Source of the DNA: a virus
Virus record (IMG/VR): IMGVR_UViG_3300029711_000003
Span: 32,001 to 96,000 of that record
Reading direction: 5' to 3' (one strand)
DNA length: 64,000 nt
Shown: piece by piece, positions 46,287-54,566 of the stretch
Layout: each line of letters begins with the position of its first letter
How positions within the stretch are numbered: position 1 is the stretch's first letter
Notes under the pieces: generated by a model
Database searches by the model: none
Seen by the model: only the letters and a program-made list of their open reading frames with translations
Told to the model about the DNA's origin: nothing
Translations under genes and position numbers: made by a program

Positions 46287-47552
46287 ATGGATAATAGCAA
46301 AATGATTGAAATCCCAGAGGGAGTTGTGGATGTTAAAGAATACAAGAAAATGCTTGCCTTGTCAAAACACCCAATTCTCAAGAATACAATTTACATTGCC
46401 TCAGATGGTAGTGAAATAAACATTGGGATGTTGCCGCATAGGTTGAAGAAGTACGTTGAGCATTTGTCACTCAAAGAGCAAGAGGACATATATGAGCTCA
46501 AGCGTAGGTATAATGTTTTGCGTGGAAAGATAAGTGCGGCAAAGGCAAAAGCCTATGGACACGCTGGTATGTATGGAGGCAAGAATAAGGATGAAGCCCA
46601 AGCAAACAAATTAAGTCCGTTTGAGGAAGATATAATTGAATTGCTTGGGCGTATGTTCACTATTGCCGAAGTTGTAAAGATAATGGGAGAAGACAACGGC
46701 ATAATTGTTTCAGAGGATGAAGTCAAAGAAGTTCTCAAAAAACATATCGTGGAGGTTGAGCGAAAGCGTGAAGAGTTCCGCAACAAAGTAACCGATGTCC
46801 GATTGTATAACAAACGCCCAAGACTTGAAGAGCTTGCTTGGATGTATTCTAAGATGAAAGCACGATACGTTGCGCTGAACGGCATTGATGCTTACAATTC
46901 TATGTTACGCACTCTTGAGCAAATTCGTAAGGAAGCGGAGGGTGACGTGATAAACATTAATGGCGCTTTGGATGTTAACATAGAAATACAAATACAAAAC
47001 CATATACAAAAAGAGATTTTGCGTACTATAAACCTCAAAGAGATTATCTTGGGGCGTGTAGCGGCAAGAATGAACTATGACCCTAAAAAGCTGATTGCTG
47101 GTTTACATAATTCGTACTATGCGAAGTTTGTAGATATATCAGGAGAATTTGACCCCAATGCTGAAATGGATTATCCGTCCAGCTCTGCTTACGACTTCAC
47201 TGCTATTGAGCGGCAAAGCAATCATGACGTAGTAGATGTTACCCCAGAGCCTATCACGGAAGAGCAAAAGAGCAGTGCCCAAAACATCAAAGATTTGTTC
47301 TTGGCTAAGATACGGAAGCAACGTCAGGCGATGGAGGCACGCAATGCTGGATTTGATGCTGATGCGGAAAGAAAGCGTCCAACCGCTACGGAAGAAGAAC
47401 GACCGATTGACCGCAAGCAATTTGGACCAGGACATTACAAAGATAGCATACCGCCATCGCAAAGGAAGTGGAACAAGGGTTTGGGGTATGATTACAAAAC
47501 TCCACGTTACAAGGGTGAGCAACCGAAAAGAAAGAATAACAAAAAAGAATAA
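46287..47552 (+). CDS. hypothetical protein with basic C-terminal tail
   Basis: ~421 aa from the first ATG (the listed 46281 start is GTG). A possible HTH-like segment is FTIAEVVKIMGEDNGIIVSEDEVKEVL. The C-terminus is K/R-rich. Confidence 0.5.
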   Translation: MDNSKMIEIPEGVVDVKEYKKMLALSKHPILKNTIYIASDGSEINIGMLPHRLKKYVEHLSLKEQEDIYELKRRYNVLRGKISAAKAKAYGHAGMYGGKNKDEAQANKLSPFEEDIIELLGRMFTIAEVVKIMGEDNGIIVSEDEVKEVLKKHIVEVERKREEFRNKVTDVRLYNKRPRLEELAWMYSKMKARYVALNGIDAYNSMLRTLEQIRKEAEGDVININGALDVNIEIQIQNHIQKEILRTINLKEIILGRVAARMNYDPKKLIAGLHNSYYAKFVDISGEFDPNAEMDYPSSSAYDFTAIERQSNHDVVDVTPEPITEEQKSSAQNIKDLFLAKIRKQRQAMEARNAGFDADAERKRPTATEEERPIDRKQFGPGHYKDSIPPSQRKWNKGLGYDYKTPRYKGEQPKRKNNKKE

Positions 47553-47557
47553 AGAGT

Positions 47558-47794
47558 ATGAACGTACAAGAGTTTATTGAAAAGAATTTGTCAAATGCTA
47601 AGTTTGACCGAGATTTCAACCGATACCTTTATTTGAAAGAACGGTTGGAGAAGCAACAGCAAATTATGTCTTCTGAGGAAGGCGGTGAGATATTTAATGA
47701 GTTCCTTGCTTTGAAAGATAAGCTGTTTGACCTTGCTATGTACCGTTTCTTGCGACACAGAGAAATAGAGGATAGCGGGAATATAGATAAGTAG
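47558..47794 (+). CDS. hypothetical protein
   Basis: 78-aa ORF followed by a terminator. Confidence 0.45.
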   Translation: MNVQEFIEKNLSNAKFDRDFNRYLYLKERLEKQQQIMSSEEGGEIFNEFLALKDKLFDLAMYRFLRHREIEDSGNIDK

Positions 47795-47816
47795 CACTTT
47801 GTACTTTGCATTGATG

Positions 47817-47851
47817 AAGCTCTGGGCTGTGAAGTTCGGAGCTTTATTTTT
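47817..47851 (+). terminator. intrinsic terminator
   Basis: AAGCTCTG (47817-47824) pairs with CGGAGCTT (47837-47844), including one G-U pair, followed by TATTTTTG. Confidence 0.65.
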
Positions 47852-47890
47852 GTTCATTCTTCACAGTTTTCCACAACCTTTTGCTTAACA

Positions 47891-47977
47891 AGAGTTAAAA
47901 ATTGCCCAAAATTAAACTTTTTGGTAAAATTTCTTGCTAAAAATTTTGCCGTTTCGCAAAAGTCCGTACCTTCGTAG
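47891..47977 (+). promoter_or_regulatory. conserved promoter cassette, copy 2 of 3
   Basis: AGAGTTAAAAATTGCCCAAAAT ... AAATTTCTTGCT ... ATTTTGCCGTTTCGCAAAAGTCCGTACCTTCG. TACCTTCG is at 47967-47974, 42 nt upstream of ATG 48016. Confidence 0.65.
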
Positions 47978-48015
47978 TGTAATTAAAACGATAACGATTA
48001 AAAAACAACAAAGAT

Positions 48016-48288
48016 ATGGCAACAAAAGAAGTTACATTAAAAGTAGAAAACAGATGGATGGATAGTTTGGAATATGTTTGCTTACATATTACGTCACCGT
48101 CAGGTAAAACTATCGTAATTTCCAAGAATGACATTTTTGATATGAGATTGGATAAGAAATTGACTGATAAAGTCGATGCCACGCTCAGGAGAGTTGTCAA
48201 AGGAACGGTGCTTTGGAAAACAGTTGATTTTGTTTCTAATGTTGAGGAAATGAAAGATTTATTATCAATAGCCAGTAGAATGTACTAA
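48016..48288 (+). CDS. hypothetical early protein
   Basis: 90-aa ORF and the first gene after promoter cassette 2. Confidence 0.5.
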   Translation: MATKEVTLKVENRWMDSLEYVCLHITSPSGKTIVISKNDIFDMRLDKKLTDKVDATLRRVVKGTVLWKTVDFVSNVEEMKDLLSIASRMY

Positions 48289-48312
48289 TTTATAAAACAA
48301 ACAATTGAACAT

Positions 48313-49449
48313 ATGGAAACTGTAAAACTTACAAATAACGAAAAGAGCGTACTGGTAGCAATCGTAGCAAATGCTAAACAAGTAGGAGATAACGGAGTTG
48401 AGTTCATTCTTGAAGATGTAGCAAAGACTACTGGTAAATCAATCAGAAGCATCTCAGCAACCGCTGGAAGTCTTGCTAAGAAAGGAATGCTGTTGACCGC
48501 TAATGGCGAAAGCTATTTTGACGGAGTAGTAACCGAAGCTGGACTTCATGAAGTAGAAGAAAGCGACAAAGTTAATCAAGAAGTAAACAATAACAAAAAT
48601 CAAGACAATATGGAAGATAAGAATTTTGATGCTCCAGCAATGGACGAAAGAATTGTAAAGCTCAACGAGCTGAAGAGTGTTAAGATGGCAGCTTTGTCGA
48701 AGTCTAAAAGACCTGCTGCGAAGGCAAACAAAAACGCTGCTCAATTCGTACTTGAGCGTTGGGACGATGAAGAAGAGCTGAAGAGATTTATCAGCGATGA
48801 ATCAATGAAAGTAGAGTGCTATGAAGTTTGGTGCATTGCTGATAGCCGATATAAGCAGCTCAGTTACCGTCCAGAGGAAGCTCCGAAAGAAGATGCTCAG
48901 CCCAAGGCAAAGAAGACAACGAGCAAGAAAGAAACTAAGAAAGCTGATAAGACGGAGCAGCCGAAAGAAAAGGCAGCTAAAACTGCCCGCAAAGTGGGTG
49001 ACGTTCACCCGAAGCACCCGACATGGGTATGGACGGAGTATGCGCCAGGAAAGTTTGATTGGCGTACCAATCCGAAAGATAAGAAGCAGGGTCAGCGTAC
49101 CGATATGGCGGACAAAAAGGAGAAGCAGCCGAAGTCCAAATCAGCCGAAAAGAAGTCTGCTAAGGGCAAGGAAGCAAAGCAGGAAGCTCCGAAGAAAGCA
49201 GAGAAACCTATTTATACAATTGACGAGTGGGTTGCTTTGCCTACCAAACCTACAAGCGCCAAAAGCAAAATGTCGGAAGCTCAGAAAGAAGCGTTCAAGC
49301 TCATCAACAAGGGTTATCGGATAACGGCTGATAAGAAGTTCTTTCAGAATGTGGAAGGTGATAATAAGTCATGTAATTGGGCATCCGTTGAGGCTATGCT
49401 GAAGCGTTATGGTATTGATTATGTTCCTATGGGTTTGATTAAAGAATAA
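48313..49449 (+). CDS. winged-helix-like N-domain protein with Lys/Ala/Pro/Glu-rich linker
   Basis: The N-terminus (EKSVLVAIVANAKQVGDNGVEFILEDVAKTTGKSIRSISATAGSLAKKGMLLT) looks like a MarR-type wHTH. The central region is a K/E/A/P-rich low-complexity stretch. Confidence 0.5.
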   Translation: METVKLTNNEKSVLVAIVANAKQVGDNGVEFILEDVAKTTGKSIRSISATAGSLAKKGMLLTANGESYFDGVVTEAGLHEVEESDKVNQEVNNNKNQDNMEDKNFDAPAMDERIVKLNELKSVKMAALSKSKRPAAKANKNAAQFVLERWDDEEELKRFISDESMKVECYEVWCIADSRYKQLSYRPEEAPKEDAQPKAKKTTSKKETKKADKTEQPKEKAAKTARKVGDVHPKHPTWVWTEYAPGKFDWRTNPKDKKQGQRTDMADKKEKQPKSKSAEKKSAKGKEAKQEAPKKAEKPIYTIDEWVALPTKPTSAKSKMSEAQKEAFKLINKGYRITADKKFFQNVEGDNKSCNWASVEAMLKRYGIDYVPMGLIKE

Positions 49450-49453
49450 GAAT

Positions 49454-49696
49454 ATGAAAGAACTTACACAGAAAGAAGCAAAGCAAAAGTCTTTGGCTAT
49501 GGACGTAGCTTGGGAGATTGTTTTGGGTTGCGATAGACTTGACCGTACAGACCTAAGAGCGATTGTTGACCAAGAAGGTTTTGACGTAGAAGAAATGAAA
49601 AAACAAACACGTCATTATATCGAAAATAATTATCACGGAAGTTCAGATGATTTTGTTGAAGAACAATTAGCATATTGGTACGAACCATGGAAGTAA
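49454..49696 (+). CDS. hypothetical protein
   Basis: 80-aa ORF. Confidence 0.45.
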   Translation: MKELTQKEAKQKSLAMDVAWEIVLGCDRLDRTDLRAIVDQEGFDVEEMKKQTRHYIENNYHGSSDDFVEEQLAYWYEPWK

Positions 49697-50172
49697 ACAA
49701 AAGCAAAATAATCAAGGAGTTGTGTCAGTTAGCAGAAATTATGAACGGCAGAGCAAAGAAATACTATGAGAGTATGATAGCTGACGCAACACCTGTTCGG
49801 ATAACTCCTTTGTCAGAATTATTCAATGAATATGAGATAGATATGATAAAGCGAGTAATTAAGCCCGAAGCTAAACAATGTTACAAGAATGCCTCAGACC
49901 TTTGCGTGCTGTTTCCTGACCGTGTTAAATACGTTGAAGGTAGATTTACCGTATGCGGACTTTTCAGCACGGAGCATGCTTGGAATAAAGTTGTAGATAA
50001 GTACGTTGATATTACTGCTGAATTAGCGTTGAACAATAATATCAACGAAGAAGAATATGTTGCTTTGGGAGAATATGAGTACGAAGAAACATTATCATAT
50101 TTGTACAAAAGCAAGGTTTACGGAGGTATATATGAACAAAGATTTTTAGAAAACTATGGCAAAAATTTATAG
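49687..50172 (+). CDS. hypothetical protein, possible transglutaminase-like/cysteine-peptidase fold
   Basis: Start at ATG 49687. The pattern C..NA (QCYKNASDLC), then EHAWNKV, then DKYVDIT is reminiscent of a Cys-His-Asp transglutaminase-like core. Confidence 0.3.
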   Translation: MEVNKSKIIKELCQLAEIMNGRAKKYYESMIADATPVRITPLSELFNEYEIDMIKRVIKPEAKQCYKNASDLCVLFPDRVKYVEGRFTVCGLFSTEHAWNKVVDKYVDITAELALNNNINEEEYVALGEYEYEETLSYLYKSKVYGGIYEQRFLENYGKNL

Positions 50173-50425
50173 AGCAAACGGTGATGTGGAAAATGTAGAG
50201 CCGAAGAATGGTACAGACTTTCAGTTGGAAGAGTTACAAAAAATCGTAGGAGGCTACATTGAGTGCTTGAATTTTACGGATGGAACTTTATTGGTTTGTA
50301 ACGAAGAGGGCAAACTAATGAACCTGCCTTACAATGAGAAAGCTACAAACTTGGTAAGAAAGAACGGATATGATGACTATATTGTAGGCGATGTATTACT
50401 TTGTAATAATGAGGAGGTGCATTGA
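50156..50425 (+). CDS. DUF3846-like protein
   Basis: LQKIVGGYIECLNFTDGTLLVCNEEGKLMNLPYNEKATNL...IVGDVLLC fits my recollection of the DUF3846 pattern. Confidence 0.5.
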   Translation: MAKIYRANGDVENVEPKNGTDFQLEELQKIVGGYIECLNFTDGTLLVCNEEGKLMNLPYNEKATNLVRKNGYDDYIVGDVLLCNNEEVH

Positions 50426-50709
50426 TGCAAGATGAGAAATATAAAGCAAAGGATGGAACTATTTATGTACGCATAAATAAGTTACGAGCAAGAAACTATT
50501 ATGGTTCAGGAAAGACCATTTTGCTTGTTCCCGATGGAATGAGATTAGAGCTTGCTTGGGATAGTCTTAAACTTATTAGTTTGTATGACAACCCAGAGGA
50601 TAAGCGTAATTTTGACCGTAGGGTTGATGATTATGTCTATTATAGGAATTTGAGCAAAGGCAGAAACACTAAGACACTTAAATACTTTATCAAACAAAAG
50701 GACTTATGA
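50422..50709 (+). CDS. hypothetical protein
   Basis: 95-aa ORF with an ATGA overlap upstream. Confidence 0.45.
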   Translation: MMQDEKYKAKDGTIYVRINKLRARNYYGSGKTILLVPDGMRLELAWDSLKLISLYDNPEDKRNFDRRVDDYVYYRNLSKGRNTKTLKYFIKQKDL

Positions 50710-50885
50710 AAACAGTTTATCTTGACATAATGGTAGGCAATATGTTCGTAGCTCAATTGCCTTACAAAGTCAATCCGATATTCCCAGCAACCGATAAGGA
50801 GCTGCGTGAGTATGTCGTTTCCAAACGCCCAACGCTACGAAACAAAAAGTTTGTTATATCATTTTCTAACAATCGTGTAATATGA
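50706..50885 (+). CDS. hypothetical 59-aa protein (below the ORF-track size cutoff)
   Basis: I translated this by hand (MKTVYLDIMVGNMFVAQLPYKVNPIFPATDKELREYVVSKRPTLRNKKFVISFSNNRVI). ATGA overlaps at both ends fill what would otherwise be an unexplained 170-nt gap. Confidence 0.5.
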   Translation: MKTVYLDIMVGNMFVAQLPYKVNPIFPATDKELREYVVSKRPTLRNKKFVISFSNNRVI

Positions 50886-51112
50886 GCAAAAAGATTACTA
50901 ACAAATACCGAGTAGCAAGAATTTGTAACGCTATCTTATGCCTTGCTTTGCTAATCATAATAATGAGAGCAGCGTACAACACTTGGAGTATGTACGGTCA
51001 ATATACTTTGTTTAGTTTTCTTGTATCCTTATTTATTCACGGTACGTTCAGCGGTATGATTTATCTTGGTATTGATTATCTGCTTCGTAAATTCACGAAA
51101 GAAGATGTTTGA
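50882..51112 (+). CDS. small membrane protein (two predicted TM helices)
   Basis: Hydrophobic segments ICNAILCLALLIIIM and YTLFSFLVSLFIHGTFSGMIYLGI. Confidence 0.5.
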   Translation: MSKKITNKYRVARICNAILCLALLIIIMRAAYNTWSMYGQYTLFSFLVSLFIHGTFSGMIYLGIDYLLRKFTKEDV

Positions 51113-51320
51113 CTTTAATGAGCAATTCCGTTTCTCAGAAGCTGACCGTGATATGACGGATGCTTTGTTTGGTATATTTTTCATGAACCAACAAGCAAGA
51201 AAGCGTAATGAGGCTTGGGTTCAGACGAAACCTAATCAAAGAAGTGAACAAGGACAAAAACGTATAAATCTGTTAAAAGAACAAGCAGAAGACATAGAAT
51301 ATGAAGAGCTTTGTGATTGA
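51105..51320 (+). CDS. hypothetical protein
   Basis: Start at ATG 51105, with an 8-nt overlap. Confidence 0.4.
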   Translation: MFDFNEQFRFSEADRDMTDALFGIFFMNQQARKRNEAWVQTKPNQRSEQGQKRINLLKEQAEDIEYEELCD

Positions 51321-51642
51321 TATAACAGCAGCTAGTTATAATGGTTTAGGAATAGTTGGGAGAAGGATAATCACTGAACAATTCCCAAACCGAAAGGAAG
51401 CAATGAAATATTTGTGCAAAAATTACTATCATATCAAAATAAACAAAATAACGGAAATGAAAAATTACATTGTTAAATTCTTTGGAAGTAAGAATAGACG
51501 TGAACAAATCAAACAAGTTAAAAACATGATTGTACAAGCCTCAAGAGCTACGGAAGTTGAAGACATCTTGAGACACAAGTATGGATATGAAGTTATCAAC
51601 GGTTTGAAAATAAGAGAATGTGAGCAAAATGAGAATGAATGA
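51301..51642 (+). CDS. hypothetical protein
   Basis: 113-aa ORF. Confidence 0.45.
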   Translation: MKSFVIDITAASYNGLGIVGRRIITEQFPNRKEAMKYLCKNYYHIKINKITEMKNYIVKFFGSKNRREQIKQVKNMIVQASRATEVEDILRHKYGYEVINGLKIRECEQNENE

Positions 51643-51892
51643 TTTTTTTAAGATTACACTTGCTGCCTTGTTTAGCATAGTAATACTGGGTTGTGTAATT
51701 ATGGGAATAATTCAGGAGTGTAGCAGAAGCAGAATTTACAGCACTCCTAAGAGAATTATAAAACGTGAACGAATATCTGAAAGCTCCGATAACGAAATAT
51801 GGCGTACAAGCACGTATCATCTTGTTACGGTGGAATATGATACGATACCTAAGAAAACCAGCTGGGATACAGCGCATGAATTACCAAGATGA
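51620..51892 (+). CDS. small membrane-anchored protein
   Basis: N-terminal TM segment ITLAALFSIVILGCVIMGII. The start is uncertain (in-frame ATGs at 51620, 51629 and 51635). Confidence 0.45.
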   Translation: MSKMRMNDFFKITLAALFSIVILGCVIMGIIQECSRSRIYSTPKRIIKRERISESSDNEIWRTSTYHLVTVEYDTIPKKTSWDTAHELPR

Positions 51893-52323
51893 AGAAAATT
51901 ATATTGATATTTGTATTATCGGCATTTGCTATGATTGCCGTAGGTCAGGAGCCTTTGTTTAAGAAGTCAAGCAACAAAGTATCATCAAAATGTATAAAAG
52001 GAAAGATTTATACAACTTATGAATACTTTGATTATTACTTTTATTCGGGCAAGACCATCATCAAAAGTATTAAGTTTAAGAAAGCTGACCTGAACGACTA
52101 CTTCAACCCAGAGGAAGCGGATTGGAACGCTACGGAGTTGTATGATGAGGATATTGAGTATTTGCGTAGTAAGAATGTAGAGCATTGCGATACTGTTGTG
52201 CAAGGAAAGCGGTTTGTTGGTTGGTATGTTGTTATCCGAGATACCAAGACGGAGAAGAATTCAATCACTACCAAACCTAAGAAGAAAGCACCGCAAACAA
52301 GTTCTTATATGCGTAAAATTTAG
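51889..52323 (+). CDS. secreted protein (N-terminal signal peptide)
   Basis: MKKIILIFVLSAFAMIAVGQE is signal-peptide-like. ATGA overlap upstream. Confidence 0.5.
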   Translation: MKKIILIFVLSAFAMIAVGQEPLFKKSSNKVSSKCIKGKIYTTYEYFDYYFYSGKTIIKSIKFKKADLNDYFNPEEADWNATELYDEDIEYLRSKNVEHCDTVVQGKRFVGWYVVIRDTKTEKNSITTKPKKKAPQTSSYMRKI

Positions 52324-52326
52324 CAA

Positions 52327-52427
52327 CAAAAGTTAAAAATTTGCCCAAAATAGTTAAAAGCAGGAGATTTACCAAAAATTTCTTGCTTTTTATTTTGCTA
52401 TTTCCGCAAAAGTTCGTACCTTCGCTA
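52327..52427 (+). promoter_or_regulatory. conserved promoter cassette, copy 3 of 3
   Basis: CAAAAGTTAAAAATTTGCCCAAAAT ... AAATTTCTTGCT ... ATTTTGCTATTTCCGCAAAAGTTCGTACCTTCG. TACCTTCG is at 52417-52424, 39 nt upstream of ATG 52463. Confidence 0.65.
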
Positions 52428-52462
52428 ACAGAAACAATAACAAATTAAACATTATCAAACAT

Positions 52463-52765
52463 ATGAAAGTAGTAAACTTGAGCAAACAGGAAATAAGGGA
52501 TTTGTTAGCATTGATAAACAACTCCGATAACGAGTGCTATGATAGCATTGCAAAGAAGCTGAACCGTGAGACTTTGTATTTGACCGTACTAAAAGCCGTT
52601 GACGGTCGTTTCGGCAAGCGAGTATTGAAACCTCAGTACCGTAGATGTTGGAGAGTGATGACCTATGGAGCGTTGGCGTTTCTGTTCTTCAGATTTGTCG
52701 TTTGTCCGTTCTTCGCTTGGTGGGATAAGGTAGTGACATTCTTGAACTATGTAATTTGGGGATGA
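52463..52765 (+). CDS. hypothetical early protein with C-terminal TM helix
   Basis: 100 aa, with the segment YGALAFLFFRFVVCPFFAWW. It is the first gene after promoter cassette 3. Confidence 0.5.
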   Translation: MKVVNLSKQEIRDLLALINNSDNECYDSIAKKLNRETLYLTVLKAVDGRFGKRVLKPQYRRCWRVMTYGALAFLFFRFVVCPFFAWWDKVVTFLNYVIWG

Positions 52766-53004
52766 AGAAAGAAACAGCATACAAAGTATTGGCTAAGATA
52801 CGATGGCAGATACACATACAAGAAATGTTCTTGATGAAAGCAGGCAGGATACAGAGCCTGAAGTCCAAAGATAGGGAAATGATAATAAAAGACGTTTGCT
52901 GGGTTGATGGTACTCTTTCAGGGCAAGTACAATATGCCCAACGAAGAAGGGAGAAGCTGATGAGAGCCTACGAGCGTATAATGAATAAGCATATTAGAAA
53001 GTGA
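52756..53004 (+). CDS. hypothetical basic protein
   Basis: 82-aa ORF with a 10-nt overlap upstream. Confidence 0.45.
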   Translation: MGMKKETAYKVLAKIRWQIHIQEMFLMKAGRIQSLKSKDREMIIKDVCWVDGTLSGQVQYAQRRREKLMRAYERIMNKHIRK

Positions 53005-53023
53005 CGAGCAACACAATTACCAA

Positions 53024-53093
53024 ATTGCTCCTGTGTTCCAAGCTAAGAAGCAGTAAAAGACTTCGGATGAATAGCGATGGGCACAGGAGCAAT
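53024..53093 (+). other. 12-bp perfect inverted repeat (large-loop hairpin, possible terminator or protein-binding site)
   Basis: ATTGCTCCTGTG (53024-53035) pairs with CACAGGAGCAAT (53082-53093) across a 46-nt loop. Only a weak T-rich tract (CATTATTTTATT) follows. Confidence 0.5.
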
Positions 53094-53395
53094 CATTATT
53101 TTATTGGGTCAATTCCTTGCTAATAGGGGGATTGGTTTACAGGGGGTTTATAGTGCGCGTGAGCGTACCCGTATATGCGTGCGTATATACATGACAAATT
53201 CAACAAATATAAACTGATGTACTTTGTAAGGAAAGGGGTGCGGGGGAAACCATTACTTTGGTACATAAGGGGTATGCCATCAAAGTTATACATTCCAGTA
53301 ATCAAAAAATTTCAAACATCAAGATTATTTCTGACGATGTATTCGATATGATTTTCAGAGTTTATTGTAGCATAACGAAATGTTTTAACAGAATT

Positions 53396-53761
53396 ATGAT
53401 GAAACTAAAAATTAACAAAGAGGCAAAGAATTTTGCCGTTGAGCTTGAAAAAGAATATCCGAGCTTGAAGAGTTATCATGAATTGATTTCTAAGGAAGTC
53501 GGTTGTCCTTGGGAAGAAGTAGTTTGTTTAGATGTTCATCCAGACAATGCTATTGGCGATGAAGAAGGATGGCAGATTGAGGCTTTCTTTCCACGTGGCG
53601 TTGACCCTGAAACAAGCATGATTAATGATGACTATAAGACCAAAGATTTTTTTGTTGGTTCGGTAGTACGTTTGAAACAGGACGGAGCTACATTTGTTGC
53701 CGAGACAAATACAAGTCCTTGGACCATTTATGCTAATCCAAAGACAATCGAAGTATGGTAA
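53396..53761 (+). CDS. hypothetical protein
   Basis: Start taken at ATG 53396 (MMKLKINKE...). The listed 53258 start is an alternative-codon extension into the non-coding region. Confidence 0.45.
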   Translation: MMKLKINKEAKNFAVELEKEYPSLKSYHELISKEVGCPWEEVVCLDVHPDNAIGDEEGWQIEAFFPRGVDPETSMINDDYKTKDFFVGSVVRLKQDGATFVAETNTSPWTIYANPKTIEVW

Positions 53762-54108
53762 AGGTAAGAGAAAGTCAGATACCTGAGGACAGCGGAAAGA
53801 AGCAAGACGCTATCCCAGCGGATGATGAGCACAAACGTCTTAAAAAGACCGTCATCAGTTTCCAAGAAGAAGGCATTGTAATATCGGCATATGACCTACA
53901 CACCATTGAGAAAGATATGAGGTTTGTGGAAAAACCGAAAGCTCATTTTGAATGGGGTATTGCTATAAACAAAGGACTTGAATCAGGTCAATTTGTGAAA
54001 AAATCCGATGTTTATATGTGGTATAACAGTGAAGAAGTACGTGACGAGAAATACGAGAGGTTGTTGAAATTACTGGAATCAGAGGGTTTGAACATCATAG
54101 AAGTTTAG
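53755..54108 (+). CDS. hypothetical protein
   Basis: 117-aa ORF with a 7-nt overlap upstream. Confidence 0.45.
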   Translation: MVKVRESQIPEDSGKKQDAIPADDEHKRLKKTVISFQEEGIVISAYDLHTIEKDMRFVEKPKAHFEWGIAINKGLESGQFVKKSDVYMWYNSEEVRDEKYERLLKLLESEGLNIIEV

Positions 54109-54160
54109 AAAGCAAGTATAATACTGTCATAAATTGTTAAATTTTTAATTGTAAACAAAA

Positions 54161-54469
54161 ATGAATAAGTATGATTTAGTGTCAGCAGTAGCCGAAAAGA
54201 CTGGGCTGACGAAGAACGATGTTAACAAAGTGATTGATGCTATCCAGCCTGTAATCATTGAAGAGTGCGTTGATAAAGGTGGAGAGGTAAATTTGCCGCA
54301 GCTTGGTAAGTTCAAGCAGAAGGTTAATCCTGCCCGCAAAGGTATCAATCCGTTGACTAAGAAGCCTATGGATGTGCCCGAAAGCCATACTTTGCGCTTT
54401 CAGCCGTCATCTTCACTCAGGAAAGTTGTTGAGCCGAAGAAAGCAGCTGCCAAGAAAGGTAAGGAATAA
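54161..54469 (+). CDS. HU/IHF-family DNA-binding protein
   Basis: MNKYDLVSAVAEKTGLTKNDVNKVIDAI...ARKGINPLTKKPMDVPESHTLRFQPSSSLRKVV fits the HU fold signature, including the arm motif R-x-G-x-NP-x-T. K/A-rich C-terminal tail. Confidence 0.9.
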   Translation: MNKYDLVSAVAEKTGLTKNDVNKVIDAIQPVIIEECVDKGGEVNLPQLGKFKQKVNPARKGINPLTKKPMDVPESHTLRFQPSSSLRKVVEPKKAAAKKGKE

Positions 54470-54495
54470 CCACATTTCTCCATGATGAAAATGAA

Positions 54496-54531
54496 AACGG
54501 AACTTGTCGTTTGATAGTTCCGTTTCTTTTT
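54496..54531 (+). terminator. intrinsic terminator
   Basis: AACGGAACT (54496-54504) pairs with AGTTCCGTT (54516-54524), followed by TCTTTTTTC. Confidence 0.85.
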
Positions 54532-54566
54532 TCTACAAAGTTTACAATAAAAAATTTGACAATGAT

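Noticed and set aside
53126-53272. G-quadruplex formed by the five G4-G5 tracts.
   Set aside because: The tracts fall into two groups separated by about 85 nt. That spacing is too long for a canonical intramolecular G4. I report them only as a compositional oddity of the non-coding region.
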